Source: Candidatus Latescibacterota bacterium (GTDB lineage Bacteria; Latescibacterota; UBA2968; UBA8231). From it: a stretch of DNA of 64,000 bases. The stretch is taken from NCBI GenBank assembly GCA_965197905.1, contig CBDAOB010000005.1, positions 2,016,001 through 2,080,000 of the forward strand, read 5' to 3'. Numbering within the stretch: position 1 is the stretch's first letter; every line of letters starts with the position of its first letter. This document shows positions 31,769 to 42,315 of this stretch, in pieces. Made by a program: the position numbers and the translations under genes. The notes under the pieces are model-generated. The model saw nothing but the letters and a program-made list of their open reading frames with translations. It had not been told where the DNA came from and made no database searches.

Positions 31769-33996
31769 TCGCTGACCCCGCCAGTCGTCGCCATCACCGC
31801 CGATGTTTCCGACTGGATCGCTACCAGATTGTGAAACAGCCCTTCCCGCGCAATCAACTCTTCGTGTGTACCGATCTCCATGACGCTGCCTTCGTCGAGA
31901 ACGACCAATCGGTTGGCGTAGCGCAGGGTCGACAGTCGATGAGCAATGGCGAAGGTGGTGCGCCCTCTAACCAGCCGCGCGATGGCCTGCTGAAGTTTCT
32001 GCTCAGTGGGGGTATCGACCGCTGACGTGGCCTCATCGAGGATGAGGATTCGCGGGTCGTGCAGGATGGCGCGCGCAATGGAGATACGTTGGCGCTCTCC
32101 GCCAGACAGCTGGGCGCCTCGCTCACCCACCCGCGTGTCATACCCGTCATTCTTTGCAACGATGAACTCGTGGGCGTTGGCGGTGCGGGCGGCCGCGACG
32201 ATATCCTCGAAGGTAGCGTTGACGTTGCCGTAGCCGATGTTGTCAGCGATACTGCCGTTGAAGAGGAAGCATTCCTGAGATACAAGACCAATCTGCGACC
32301 GCAAATCTCCTAGTCGCATACCGCGAATATCGCAGCCATCTATCTCCAAAACTCCCCCGTCGACATCGTAAAATCTGCAGATCAGGTTGATGAGCGTCGA
32401 TTTGCCCGCCCCCGATCTGCCTACCAGACCGATCATCTCTCCCGGCTCCACGGTCAGGTCTATCCCTCTCAATACGGGTTTTCCCGGGTTGTACGCAAAG
32501 GAGACCTCTTTGAAGCACACTCCCCCCTGAATTCTCGGCATCGGCCTCGCTCGTGGTTCGAGGAACGGCTCCGGCTGGGCATCTATGATCTCGAACACCC
32601 TTTCCGCCCCGGCGAATGCCATGGTGAGAAAATTATTTATCGTGCTGAAGAATTGCAGCGGTTGGTAAAACATCCAGATGTAGCTGATGAACGCCATGAG
32701 CAAACCAAGGGACAGCTCCTCCGAAAGGATCTGTCGCCCGCCGACGTACCATACCAAGAAGAGCCCCGAGCTCATGATCAGATTCATGCCGGCGTAGAAA
32801 ATCGACCACACGCGCTCGGCATTCGTTCCCGCTTCGCGCAGCTGGTGGTTGCGCACGTCGAAGCGGCTCGCTTCGTGTTCTTCCTGGGCGAAGGACTTTA
32901 CCTCCCGGATGGAACCGATGGACTCGTTGAGGTGGGTAGAGAAATACGACCACTTTACCGAGTAGCGGCCCCAGTAACGCCGCAACTTCTCCCACTTCGT
33001 GATACCGCCCCACGCGATCACCGGCACCGGTAACAGCACGTAGAGCGTGAGTTCCCAGTTCAAATAGAACAGTAGCCCCAGGATCCCGAAGAACATCAGC
33101 ACATTATTGACGATGAACGGTACCCCCATGAGCAGAAACATTTCCAGGCGGTCCGAATCGTTGAGGAATCTCGAAATCAGATTGCCGACCTGGCGCTTTT
33201 CGTAGAACCTCAGGGGCAAGAATTGCAAGCCCTGGTATAAGGCAGAGCGGATGTCCCGCAGCGAACCGGTGGCTATGTCGGCGCGCAAGAGACCGTTGAT
33301 CAACGACAATCCCCAGCTGACCAGTCGCGCCCCGAGGAGGCCGAGGGCAAACCACAACAGCAAGTCGATGCCGGATTTGGGTGTTAGCACGTCATCGATG
33401 ATCAGCTTGACGACGTATGGCGGTATCAGCTCCAGCAAGGTGGTCGCGACGGTAACGAGAATCAACATCACGACCTGCGCCTTGAACGGTTTGAGAAACG
33501 AGGCTATACGTTTTATCGTCTCCCATTTCTTTATGCAGAACGGGCAGATCCCATCCTTCTCCGGAAGCCAGCGGCCGCATTGCCGGCAGCGCGTGCGCTC
33601 CACAGAGGCTGGCAGATCGTTTTGTTTCCCCGCCGCGATCCGCTCGATGCCACGTGCAACCTCGGCGAACTTCGGAATCTGGCCCCCGGAATAGTAGATG
33701 CGCAGAGGGGTGCCCCCCTCGACGCGCTTCACCTCTAAACGGGCCCCACCTACGAGATCGTCTGTGCTGACTTCGCTCACACTTGAGATGGGGATATCCA
33801 CGTCGGCGTTGGGAGAGTCCGGAGGCAACACGAGGATGCGTTCGTCCGTCACGACGAGCCACCGCTCTCCATAGCTGAATGCGTCGATCATATCGGATGC
33901 CACTTGAATCTGTATCGCATCCGGCGATCCGTTTGCAGCCTTCAACCTAGCCGACACCGCGGGAGGCAACTCTTCAATGAAAGGTTGGTCAGCCAT
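31765..33996 (-). CDS. ABC exporter half-transporter (TMD+NBD) with N-terminal extension and CxxC-x10-CxxC
   Basis: GRSGAGKS, LSGGERQR, ILDEATS and IAHRLST; CRQC...CPFC. Confidence 0.92.
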   Translation of the reverse strand: MADQPFIEELPPAVSARLKAANGSPDAIQIQVASDMIDAFSYGERWLVVTDERILVLPPDSPNADVDIPISSVSEVSTDDLVGGARLEVKRVEGGTPLRIYYSGGQIPKFAEVARGIERIAAGKQNDLPASVERTRCRQCGRWLPEKDGICPFCIKKWETIKRIASFLKPFKAQVVMLILVTVATTLLELIPPYVVKLIIDDVLTPKSGIDLLLWFALGLLGARLVSWGLSLINGLLRADIATGSLRDIRSALYQGLQFLPLRFYEKRQVGNLISRFLNDSDRLEMFLLMGVPFIVNNVLMFFGILGLLFYLNWELTLYVLLPVPVIAWGGITKWEKLRRYWGRYSVKWSYFSTHLNESIGSIREVKSFAQEEHEASRFDVRNHQLREAGTNAERVWSIFYAGMNLIMSSGLFLVWYVGGRQILSEELSLGLLMAFISYIWMFYQPLQFFSTINNFLTMAFAGAERVFEIIDAQPEPFLEPRARPMPRIQGGVCFKEVSFAYNPGKPVLRGIDLTVEPGEMIGLVGRSGAGKSTLINLICRFYDVDGGVLEIDGCDIRGMRLGDLRSQIGLVSQECFLFNGSIADNIGYGNVNATFEDIVAAARTANAHEFIVAKNDGYDTRVGERGAQLSGGERQRISIARAILHDPRILILDEATSAVDTPTEQKLQQAIARLVRGRTTFAIAHRLSTLRYANRLVVLDEGSVMEIGTHEELIAREGLFHNLVAIQSETSAVMATTGGVSD

Positions 33997-34001
33997 TCCT
34001 C

Positions 34002-36284
34002 TTAGGCACCGATAGCCATGACGGATGACACCTGCTGTTGCAAGCGCACTAATTCGAAGAAAGCACCCTCGCGGGCCATCAATTCTTCGTGAGTTCCCTC
34101 TTCCGAAACCTGCCCGCCGTCGATCAACACCAGACGGTCGGCATTGCGCAGGGTGGAAAGACGGTGAGCGATTGCAAGGGTCGTGCGTCCTCTCACCAGG
34201 CGTGATATCGCCAGCTGAATCTGCTTTTCGGTTTGCACGTCCACCGCGGACGTAGCCTCATCAAGGATCAGAATTCTGGGATCGTGCAGAATCGCCCGCG
34301 CGATCGCGAGTCTCTGGCGTTCGCCGCCGGACAATCCGGTACCTCGTTCTCCCAGCCGGGTGTCGTATCCGTCCGGCTTGGCGATAATGAAATCGTGAGC
34401 AAAGGCGGCGCGGGCGGCGGAGACAATTTCCCTGAACGAAGCCCCGGGATTCCCGTAACTGATGTTTTCGCGAATCGACCCAGAGAAGAGAATCGGATCC
34501 TGAGACACGATGCCAATCTGGCGGCGAAGATCGTTCAACTTGATATTGCGAATGTCTAGCGAGTCGATCTCGATACAGCCATGGTCCACGTCGTAAAAGC
34601 GGGCCACCATGTTCACCGTGGTCGTCTTTCCAACACCGGAACGGCCCACGAGCCCAACCATCTCTCCCGCTCGTACATGCAGATTCAGATCGCGCAAGAC
34701 CGGTTTGCTCTTGTCGTATCCGAAGGTGACGTTGTCAAAACGGATGTCGCCGTCGATGCGCGGCACAGAAACGGCATCGCGGTTCTCATACTCCTCCGGC
34801 GCCGTATCGATCACCTCAAAGATTCGTTCCGCGCCGGCGAAAGCCCTGGTCATCCACGAATTTACTTGCGCGAACCATTCTACCGGCCCATACACCAACC
34901 AGGTATACGCGTAGAAGGCCAGCAACGTCCCGAGGGTTATCCGCCCTTCCAGCACCCCGATCCCCCCGAAGAACCAAACGACAATGATACCCATGCCGGT
35001 AGCCAGACCCATGGTCGCCCAGAGCATGAACCAGTTGCGCGCGGTTTTGCGGTTGATCCTCCATAGCTTCTGATTCTGCTCTTCGAATGTGGCTAACTCC
35101 CGTTCCTCCTGCGCAAACGCCTTGACGATCCGGATACCGTTCAAGCTTTCCGATAAGCGGGCGCTGAGCATGGCCCAACCGTGGCCGTATTTTTGGAACA
35201 TTCGCCGCATGCGGCGCCAGAACAGAGCGCTCCAGAGGACGATCAAGGGAATGGGAATCATTAGAAGCAGAGTGAGATACCAGTCCATGGAGAACAGAAA
35301 CCCAAGGATTCCGATAATCATCAAGCCATTGATAACCATGTAGGGTAAGCCGTCGATGAGGAACTCCTGCAACATGCTTGCGTCTCGGGCGACGCGGGAA
35401 ATAAGTCCGCCTACTCGTCGTTTGTCATAGAACTGCATGGACATCATTTCCAATTGGCGATACAGGTGGCTGCGGATGTCGGCCGTCACTCTGGCCCCCA
35501 ACCAAGCTACATACCATCCATGGAGGAGCTCAGCGCCCCAGCTGCACATCCTCACCGCAACCAGCCCGAGCACCAGCATGCCCAGCAAGAGCAAGCGAGC
35601 ATCCATATCAGCCAGGCCGTGCTGAACCGGAACCAGCACCTCATCGACGAGCCGTTTGGTGATCAACGGTGGGATCAGCTCTGCGCCGGTCGTGCACAAC
35701 GAGGCGGCAGCGAGCACGGCAGCTTTGCTCTTGTGCGGTTTCATGTAGGCGGCAATGCGGCTCAGAGTGCGCAACCTACGCACGCACGCCGGGCAGATGC
35801 CGTTCTTCTCTGGGAGCAGGCGGTTGCACTTCTCGCACCGAAGGCGATCGAGCTCGGCGTTTATCCTAAGAGGCAGTTGTTGGGCGAGTTGGTCGATTCC
35901 CCGGGCCACTTCCGAGAACTTCTGCGTTTCGGTGTCGCTGTATGCCAGTAGCACCTTTGGTGCCGCGCGACGCTCTATCTCCAGCTGGGCGCCCCCAACG
36001 AGAGGTTCGTTGCTAGCGCCGCTTATCTCTTCTATGGGAATCTCCTGAAGATCGCCGGCACGTTCTTCGGAAAGAAGCATCACCCGCTTCGACGACACCG
36101 ACAGCCATCGCCCTTCGAACCGGTGATTCGAATCGAGATCGGCCCTCACCCGGATCAGTTCCTCTTCACCGGGAGCGAGCGATTCGAGAATCCTCGAGGT
36201 AACCGCCTGCGGGGCAGTTTCAATCAGTTTCATGGGCCTAACGGGAACAGGCCACCGGGTTCCTCGCCCCGCGGCCTGTTTCAT
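34002..36284 (-). CDS. Paralogous ABC exporter half-transporter with N-terminal extension and CxxC-x10-CxxC
   Basis: GRSGVGKT, LSGGERQR, ILDEATS and IAHRLST; CEKC...CPAC. Confidence 0.92.
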   Translation of the reverse strand: MKQAAGRGTRWPVPVRPMKLIETAPQAVTSRILESLAPGEEELIRVRADLDSNHRFEGRWLSVSSKRVMLLSEERAGDLQEIPIEEISGASNEPLVGGAQLEIERRAAPKVLLAYSDTETQKFSEVARGIDQLAQQLPLRINAELDRLRCEKCNRLLPEKNGICPACVRRLRTLSRIAAYMKPHKSKAAVLAAASLCTTGAELIPPLITKRLVDEVLVPVQHGLADMDARLLLLGMLVLGLVAVRMCSWGAELLHGWYVAWLGARVTADIRSHLYRQLEMMSMQFYDKRRVGGLISRVARDASMLQEFLIDGLPYMVINGLMIIGILGFLFSMDWYLTLLLMIPIPLIVLWSALFWRRMRRMFQKYGHGWAMLSARLSESLNGIRIVKAFAQEERELATFEEQNQKLWRINRKTARNWFMLWATMGLATGMGIIVVWFFGGIGVLEGRITLGTLLAFYAYTWLVYGPVEWFAQVNSWMTRAFAGAERIFEVIDTAPEEYENRDAVSVPRIDGDIRFDNVTFGYDKSKPVLRDLNLHVRAGEMVGLVGRSGVGKTTTVNMVARFYDVDHGCIEIDSLDIRNIKLNDLRRQIGIVSQDPILFSGSIRENISYGNPGASFREIVSAARAAFAHDFIIAKPDGYDTRLGERGTGLSGGERQRLAIARAILHDPRILILDEATSAVDVQTEKQIQLAISRLVRGRTTLAIAHRLSTLRNADRLVLIDGGQVSEEGTHEELMAREGAFFELVRLQQQVSSVMAIGA

Positions 36285-36338
36285 AACCGACTATCGACGT
36301 CTTTTAGCGCGAGTTGGAGCTATCCTCGGACCTCAGAC

Positions 36339-36367
36339 AAGTTACCGGCGAATATGCATAGCGTCAA
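36339..36367 (-). promoter_or_regulatory. sigma70-type promoter for the ABC pair
   Basis: Minus strand TTGACG-17 bp-TAACTT. Confidence 0.5.
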
Positions 36368-36401
36368 CGGCTATACACATTCTAAATCCATCGCAGATCC
36401 A

Positions 36402-36735
36402 CTATTCATAGAATTTGCTTCCCCACATCACCAGCTGCCCATTCTCGAAAAACAAGGAGGTGCGCTCCGTTTTTCCGTTGTCGCCGGCCGTTGCCGCCGG
36501 TGCAACGTAGTGAAATACGAGAACAGGCGATCCGTCTAGTGATTTATAGAATTCACTCCCGCCGGGAGGACCAAGGAGCTGACGAACCTGAGTTTCGTCC
36601 AGACCCATCCTCAATCGGCGCAGAGCTTCCTGGTAGGTTTGCGTCGTTTCGTCGCTGGGTGAAGATCCCGCATGCATCGCGCACCCCCACGCTGAACAGG
36701 ATCAAACCGCAGACGACATGGAACACCGCCTTCAT
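36402..36735 (-). CDS. DUF3192-like lipoprotein, frameshifted in a G5 run (36684-36688)
   Basis: RBS AGGGGG then MKAVFHVVCGLILFSVG. Removing one G gives lipobox SVG-C in frame with L.MG....V...LG.P..SE...FHY...T.LFFENG.LV.WG. Confidence 0.7.
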
Positions 36736-36930
36736 GTCGTTCCCCCTAGCTCTGTTTTTCCATATATAACGCCAAGTCTCAGTAATCACAAGCGGATACC
36801 GAGGCGCAGCAGTAGATACTGGGAGCAACACGTGGGCGAATGAGCTGTTATGGCCAACCGCCGCGCGGCAGTTGTGGTCAATCCAGGGGGTTAAAACGCG
36901 GGCGCGAGCAGGACCGGAACCTGCGAGGAT

Positions 36931-37470
36931 CTATGGTGCACTGAGCCAAGTCAACAACATGAGCAGGCCGACGACCGCTACCAAGCCGCCCATCATGGCG
37001 AACCACCAGTTCTGCCGGAGTCCCGCCGCCTCGGTGACCTCCTCCGACTCTTCCGGCTGCTGCGACCTGAACCTGCGGCCTTCGAGCCCGACGAGGCCTA
37101 GTACTGTGACAACGGTTATGAGACCAAATCCGCGCGCGAGAAGCACATCTTCCGCGTGCATCGTTTGGAGTAGATTCAAGCTGTATACGAAAGGCAGACC
37201 GTTGCAAAGTAACCACCACTTCCGCGACACAAGCCCGCCCATGGTCAATCCCAGCGACATGCCTCCAAGCCCGATGTGCCGCAAAGCTACGGGCACCTCG
37301 CCCGTGAGCGAATAATACAGCCCCGCCGCCCAGTATCCGCTGACCCACCAGATCACCGCGCCGAAATAGGCGTAAAAGATGTACGGCTGCGAAGCCGGCA
37401 GCTCGACGAACAGGCGTGCCGCGAGGTAGCGCGGGAAGGTGCTAAGGGTGTTTGAACGATCTATAGCCAT
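36931..37470 (-). CDS. Hypothetical integral membrane protein
   Basis: Several hydrophobic segments; ATG 37470 lies just downstream of the Rieske gene. Confidence 0.65.
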   Translation of the reverse strand: MAIDRSNTLSTFPRYLAARLFVELPASQPYIFYAYFGAVIWWVSGYWAAGLYYSLTGEVPVALRHIGLGGMSLGLTMGGLVSRKWWLLCNGLPFVYSLNLLQTMHAEDVLLARGFGLITVVTVLGLVGLEGRRFRSQQPEESEEVTEAAGLRQNWWFAMMGGLVAVVGLLMLLTWLSAP

Positions 37471-37531
37471 ATCAAACCATGCCGCGGACAAGCAGCAGTA
37501 TACAGAAACCTGCCGCGGCCAGCAATTTCGC

Positions 37532-37897
37532 CTATCCCAATTCCACGATGACCCGACAGTCTTCCACGGTGGCGGGATACGTGCGCACTTTGGCCCTGTC
37601 CGGATCGACGATAGAGCGCCCCGTCCTCCCATCAAACTCCCAACCGTGCCATGGGCAGACGACAATCTCCTGTTCCCTGCCGTAGGAAATGGGATTCCCG
37701 GGCAAACAGGGCAAGGTAGTGCCCTGCAACCAGCCATCAGACAACCTAGCGCCTTGATGAGGACAGGCGTCTCGCATCGCAAAGAACTGGTCATCGCGGC
37801 GAAAGAGAACAAAACCACGTCCATTTAGTTCGATGCGGTACAGCCTGCCGGGCGCAAAGTCGTTCAATGCACCGACATCGTAGCGACTAGAGGGCAT
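37532..37897 (-). CDS. Rieske [2Fe-2S] ferredoxin
   Basis: CPHQGA and [12 protein letters not shown] 37897 overlaps the upstream stop. Confidence 0.92.
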   Translation of the reverse strand: MPSSRYDVGALNDFAPGRLYRIELNGRGFVLFRRDDQFFAMRDACPHQGARLSDGWLQGTTLPCLPGNPISYGREQEIVVCPWHGWEFDGRTGRSIVDPDRAKVRTYPATVEDCRVIVELG

Positions 37898-38987
37898 AAA
37901 GCTGTTGGGCATTCTCGCTGAAAATACGCTCTCGCAGGGAAGATCCGATGACCGCAGGGATAGCCCGATTTGGGGCGTCAAAGTCCCAATGGGGATAGTC
38001 GGTGGCAAACATCAGGAAATTGTCCGCACCTATCATCTCCATCATAGCCGTCAGATGCTGGGGATTCCCCGGTTCCTCCATCGGCTGCGTCGTCGCTCTA
38101 AAGTGCCCGACGATATACTCGCTGGGCAACTTCAGCAGCCATGGCACCTCGCTCCGAAGTCCCCTGTAGTTCTTGTCCAGCCGCCACATCAACGGCGGCA
38201 GCCAAGCGAATCCCCCTTCTATGAGCACGACAAACAAACCGGGGAACTCCTCGAACAGCCCTTCGCATACAAGGCTTACCACCTGGGCTTGGAAGGCTTG
38301 TGCCATGTTGGTGTGGTCCTCCAGATAGTACGACGGCCACCCACACGCCGCCGACGGACTCCCACTGCCGCCGAAATGGATCCCGACGGGCAAGTGCATC
38401 TCCGCCGCCGCGGCGAAGATCGGTCGGAATTCACGCCGACCGTACGGGGCATGTGAGCGCACGAGCAGCAGAACCTGCACGAACCGATCGTCCCTCGCGG
38501 CGCGACGGATCTCTTCCGCAGCGGCCAGAGGATCGCGCGTATTGACTACCAGAGAACCCCGCCACCGAGGATCGGCATCGAGCCAGATAGCCGCAGTCCA
38601 CTCGTTGACCGCCCGGGCGAGCGAATTGGCAAAATCGAGGTTGTGCACAGCAGGTGTGTTGTAGAGCGGGTTGAGAATGGCGCGGTGGATATTCCAGGTA
38701 TCGAGCAGCTGTGCGCGGGAGAAATCTTGATCGCTTCCCGGTTTTCTTCCGCTCGGAGGCCAGGCGTCCCGCCGCGCCGCCATGGCAAATCCCTTGGGGT
38801 ACGAGGGTCCTGGCGGACCTGTGAATCCGGACTGAGAGATATAGGCGCACCACCGCCTGGAAAGGAAAGGCTCGAGTTCAGAAATGGAATCCGGATAATT
38901 ATGAACGTCGCAGTCGATCAATCCTTGCTGAAGAGGTCTGATGGCATCGATCTCTTCAACAGGTGCGGGCGCGGTGTCGGCTGTCAT
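37887..38987 (-). CDS. Amidohydrolase-fold protein resembling PtmU3/AibH2-type dimetal oxygenases
   Basis: DCDVH, GIHF, YYLEDH, LIEGG, QPMEEP and FATDYPHWD; coupled to a Rieske gene. Confidence 0.8.
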   Translation of the reverse strand: MTADTAPAPVEEIDAIRPLQQGLIDCDVHNYPDSISELEPFLSRRWCAYISQSGFTGPPGPSYPKGFAMAARRDAWPPSGRKPGSDQDFSRAQLLDTWNIHRAILNPLYNTPAVHNLDFANSLARAVNEWTAAIWLDADPRWRGSLVVNTRDPLAAAEEIRRAARDDRFVQVLLLVRSHAPYGRREFRPIFAAAAEMHLPVGIHFGGSGSPSAACGWPSYYLEDHTNMAQAFQAQVVSLVCEGLFEEFPGLFVVLIEGGFAWLPPLMWRLDKNYRGLRSEVPWLLKLPSEYIVGHFRATTQPMEEPGNPQHLTAMMEMIGADNFLMFATDYPHWDFDAPNRAIPAVIGSSLRERIFSENAQQLYAL

Positions 38988-39016
38988 ATCTACCTCCTAC
39001 GTTGTCTGCTTCATGT

Positions 39017-39949
39017 CTATGCTGAGGTTTCGCCATACACCTGAAGGGCGGTACCCCCCAACACCATCTGTTGATCCTGCTCGGAGAGAAATCGAATGTG
39101 CCGGCGACCGAGCTCTATAAGCTGGGGTAAGCTCAACTGGCTAAACAGGCCGGGTTGGTCGGAACCCCACATCAGTTTTCCGGCGCCGATGCGATCGACC
39201 GCCAGTTGCAGGTATCGCTCCACGCTGGGATATGGATAACCTTCGTCGACCACCTTCGCGGGCAATGCTGAGGTGTCGAACCAGACGTTGTCATGTCTTC
39301 CCAGATCGATCTGCTGCTCCCAGCAGCTCCAGAGTTCGGTATCAGCTTCTGCTGCCAACGTGGGTTGGCCGAGGTGGGCGACCACAATGCGCAGCGTCGG
39401 ATGGGCCGAAGCGATTGCGTCGACGGCATCACTTTGGTAGGACGCTGTTCCAATGGTTCCCAAATCGAGCACGAGCACGAATCGGTCCTCCTCCATGCGC
39501 GTCCACAACCAATCCAGATCCGGTGTGTCGAGCCGAGCATCGGGGTGGAGACCACACAATCCCGATTCCACCGCAAACTCGAGCTTTATTGCGCGGAAGC
39601 GACCCATGGAGAGAATCCGTTCGTACGCCTCCGGCACCTGCGATTCCCACGGATCGAGGTAGGCTGCACCGGTCAACCGTCCCGCTTCCCTCTCCAAGGT
39701 TTGCGCCACATATTCGTTGCACTCACCGTAGGTCGGCCCTTGCAAAAGCATAGCGCGATCGACGCCCGCCCATTCCATATTGGCAAGCAACATCTCGGCA
39801 GTAAACTGGGTCTCCTTCTGATACGGGGGCAGGAACTGAACTTCGCGCCGGCCGATGCTCATGCGTCCGTAGGACAGACTTCGGGTTTCGCCGCCCTGGG
39901 TCCGGCCGCGGAATTCACGGCAGATATGGGCATGGGCGTCGACGATCAT
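39017..39949 (-). CDS. Amidohydrolase_2 family protein (lactonase/hydrolase-like)
   Basis: DAHAH, VAHLG, FDTS and LMWGSD.P. Confidence 0.85.
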   Translation of the reverse strand: MIVDAHAHICREFRGRTQGGETRSLSYGRMSIGRREVQFLPPYQKETQFTAEMLLANMEWAGVDRAMLLQGPTYGECNEYVAQTLEREAGRLTGAAYLDPWESQVPEAYERILSMGRFRAIKLEFAVESGLCGLHPDARLDTPDLDWLWTRMEEDRFVLVLDLGTIGTASYQSDAVDAIASAHPTLRIVVAHLGQPTLAAEADTELWSCWEQQIDLGRHDNVWFDTSALPAKVVDEGYPYPSVERYLQLAVDRIGAGKLMWGSDQPGLFSQLSLPQLIELGRRHIRFLSEQDQQMVLGGTALQVYGETSA

Positions 39950-40467
39950 TTCGCGCCGCCTGGAGATAAACGGCTGTACCCGCCTGCATAGAACAGAAGC
40001 GGGGCCCCCTCGTTAACCTCGCCGGCCGTCATCTCACCTATGAACATGTCGTGATCGCCGCTGGCCACCACTTGCCTAATCCGGCAATCGGCAAATGCCA
40101 GAGCGTCGACTATGATAGGTGCGCCTGAGGTGGCTGTCCGGATCCGGAGATCGGACAGGTTCTTCGGTCCCGGCTGCGCAAACCGTTGGGACAGATCCTC
40201 ATGTTCTTGCTGCAGTATACTTACCGCGAAACATTCGCTGCGCATCAACAGACGATGCATTTGCGAATCGCGTTGGACCGACACCAAAATCAGCGGTGGA
40301 TCGAGGGAGAGGGAGAGAACCGCATTCGCCGTCATTGCGCTGGTTTCATCCCCTACTCGGGTGGTGACCACCGTTACGCCGGTCGCTAAACGGCCCATAA
40401 CCTCCCGCAACTGGGTCGAATCTACTGCCACTTCAGATCTCTCTTGCCCAGACGGCGAATCGTTCAA
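39946..40467 (-). CDS. Flavin reductase (HpaC/RutF family)
   Basis: R..MG..ATGVTVVT, SLSLDPPL, GDH..FIG and PLL(F/Y). Confidence 0.92.
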   Translation of the reverse strand: MNDSPSGQERSEVAVDSTQLREVMGRLATGVTVVTTRVGDETSAMTANAVLSLSLDPPLILVSVQRDSQMHRLLMRSECFAVSILQQEHEDLSQRFAQPGPKNLSDLRIRTATSGAPIIVDALAFADCRIRQVVASGDHDMFIGEMTAGEVNEGAPLLFYAGGYSRLSPGGAK

Positions 40468-42239
40468 TCGCGGTACTCCACCTCCACAGCGGCTTCATGC
40501 AGTTGGCGCCATAACGGCTCCAGCTCTGTTTGCACGGTGGTCAATACATCGCCCAGCGGAACGTCGCGGCGTTCGTCCTCCGAGCGCAGCTTCAACTCCA
40601 CGTTTCCGTTCTTGAGGGAACGCTCGCCGACAGTAATTCGAACGGGAATACCTATCAGATCGGCGTCGTTGAATTTGACCCCGGGGTTTTTAGCGCGATC
40701 GTCCAGCAACGTATCAATCGACGCCTCAGTCAACGCCGCATAGATCTCCTCGGTGGCCGTGGCTGCAGCTCCTTCACCTTTTGCCAGGGAAACCAGGTGC
40801 ACGCTGAACGGAGCTACCGAGATGGGCCAAACAAGCCCGTTATCGTCGTTGTGCTCTTCGGCGATACAGGCAAGCATCCTACCGATGCCGATGCCGTAAG
40901 ATCCCATAATCACCGGTTTGTTCTTGCCTTCGGCGTCGAGAAAGTTGCAGCTCAGGGCTTCAGTGTATCGGGTTCCAAGCTGAAAGATGTTGCCCACCTC
41001 CACACCTCTGGAGATCCGCAACGGTGTATCACATTCGACGCACCCGTCCCCCTCTTGCGCGGCTGCAATGTCACACACCATGTCGACCTTATAGTCGCGC
41101 CCGTAGTTGACGTTTTTGAGGTGGAAACCGTCTTCGTTGGCCCCCGCCACCAGGTTCGGCGACAACGGAATCACATCATCCGCCACCACAAGAGCACCGC
41201 TGATACCGACTGATGAACCGTACCCGGAAACCGCACCGACAGCGTGTATTTCGTCGCTTTGTGCCGGCCTGAGTTCCTTTGCCTGCAGGGCATTGGTCAG
41301 CTTCGTTTCGTTGACTTCCATGTCCCCCCGCACGATGGCCAGCACGAACTTCTGCTCCTCCTGCTCCGCGTCTTCCCCCTGGACCTTGGCTACCATAAAG
41401 ACCGCCTTGGCGGTGCGGCTCTCCGGGACTCCCATGAACTTCGCCAAATCGGCGATGGTAGTGCAATCGGGAGTAGCCACTCTTTCCAGCTCCTCCGGCA
41501 ACTCGTCTGGTACGTTGTTCTTTTTGAACCGCGCCACCTGACGATTGGCGGCGTATCCGCAGCTGTCGCACAACACCAGTGAATCTTCTCCGATGGGCGT
41601 CAGATACATGAATTCGTGGGCCGCACTCCCGCCCATCATACCGACGTCAGACTTGACCGCCAACGCCGGCAACCCGCACCGTGCAAAGATGTTGAAATAG
41701 GTCTGATAGTGGGCCCGATATTGCCGTTCGAGTCCTTCCCAATCCGCATCCAGGCTATAACTGTCTTTCATGGAGAACTCCCGCACGCGAATGAGCCCGG
41801 CGCGCGGGCGCGGATCATCGCGCCATTTCGTCTGGATCTGGTAGATCAGCTGAGGCAGTTGCCGGTAAGATTTGATCTCGCGTCGCACCAGATCGCCCAC
41901 GACCTCTTCGTGGGTCATGGCTAATACCATGTCTCGATTCGACTTGTCGAGAAATCGCCCCATCTCCGATCCGATCTGATACCACCTGCCGGTCTCTTTC
42001 CAGATATCCGCTGGATGAACGACCGGCATGGTCAACTCCTGCCCATCGATCGCCTCCATTTCGGCGCGTATGATCGCTTCGATCTTGTTCAAGGATCGCC
42101 GCGCCAACGGCAGGTAGCTGAATATCCCGCTGGCAAGCTGGCGAACAAAACCGGCACGTAGGAGCAGATCGTGGCTGGTCACCTCCGCGTCCGCCGAACT
42201 CTCGCGAAGGGTTTGACTGAACAGTCTACTCATTCTCAT
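40464..42239 (-). CDS. proS: Proline--tRNA ligase (with insertion editing domain)
   Basis: SH.LLLRAG, THEE, QTKWRD..RPRAGL.R.REF.MKDSYS, EVGNIFQLG and MGSYGIG. Confidence 0.97.
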   Translation of the reverse strand: MRMSRLFSQTLRESSADAEVTSHDLLLRAGFVRQLASGIFSYLPLARRSLNKIEAIIRAEMEAIDGQELTMPVVHPADIWKETGRWYQIGSEMGRFLDKSNRDMVLAMTHEEVVGDLVRREIKSYRQLPQLIYQIQTKWRDDPRPRAGLIRVREFSMKDSYSLDADWEGLERQYRAHYQTYFNIFARCGLPALAVKSDVGMMGGSAAHEFMYLTPIGEDSLVLCDSCGYAANRQVARFKKNNVPDELPEELERVATPDCTTIADLAKFMGVPESRTAKAVFMVAKVQGEDAEQEEQKFVLAIVRGDMEVNETKLTNALQAKELRPAQSDEIHAVGAVSGYGSSVGISGALVVADDVIPLSPNLVAGANEDGFHLKNVNYGRDYKVDMVCDIAAAQEGDGCVECDTPLRISRGVEVGNIFQLGTRYTEALSCNFLDAEGKNKPVIMGSYGIGIGRMLACIAEEHNDDNGLVWPISVAPFSVHLVSLAKGEGAAATATEEIYAALTEASIDTLLDDRAKNPGVKFNDADLIGIPVRITVGERSLKNGNVELKLRSEDERRDVPLGDVLTTVQTELEPLWRQLHEAAVEVEYRD

Positions 42240-42315
42240 GTGCCACTAACTCCGTTCATGATCGGTTCATCACCGGCAGCCAAGGTATAATAGGGTCCTC
42301 TCCCATTCAACCGTT

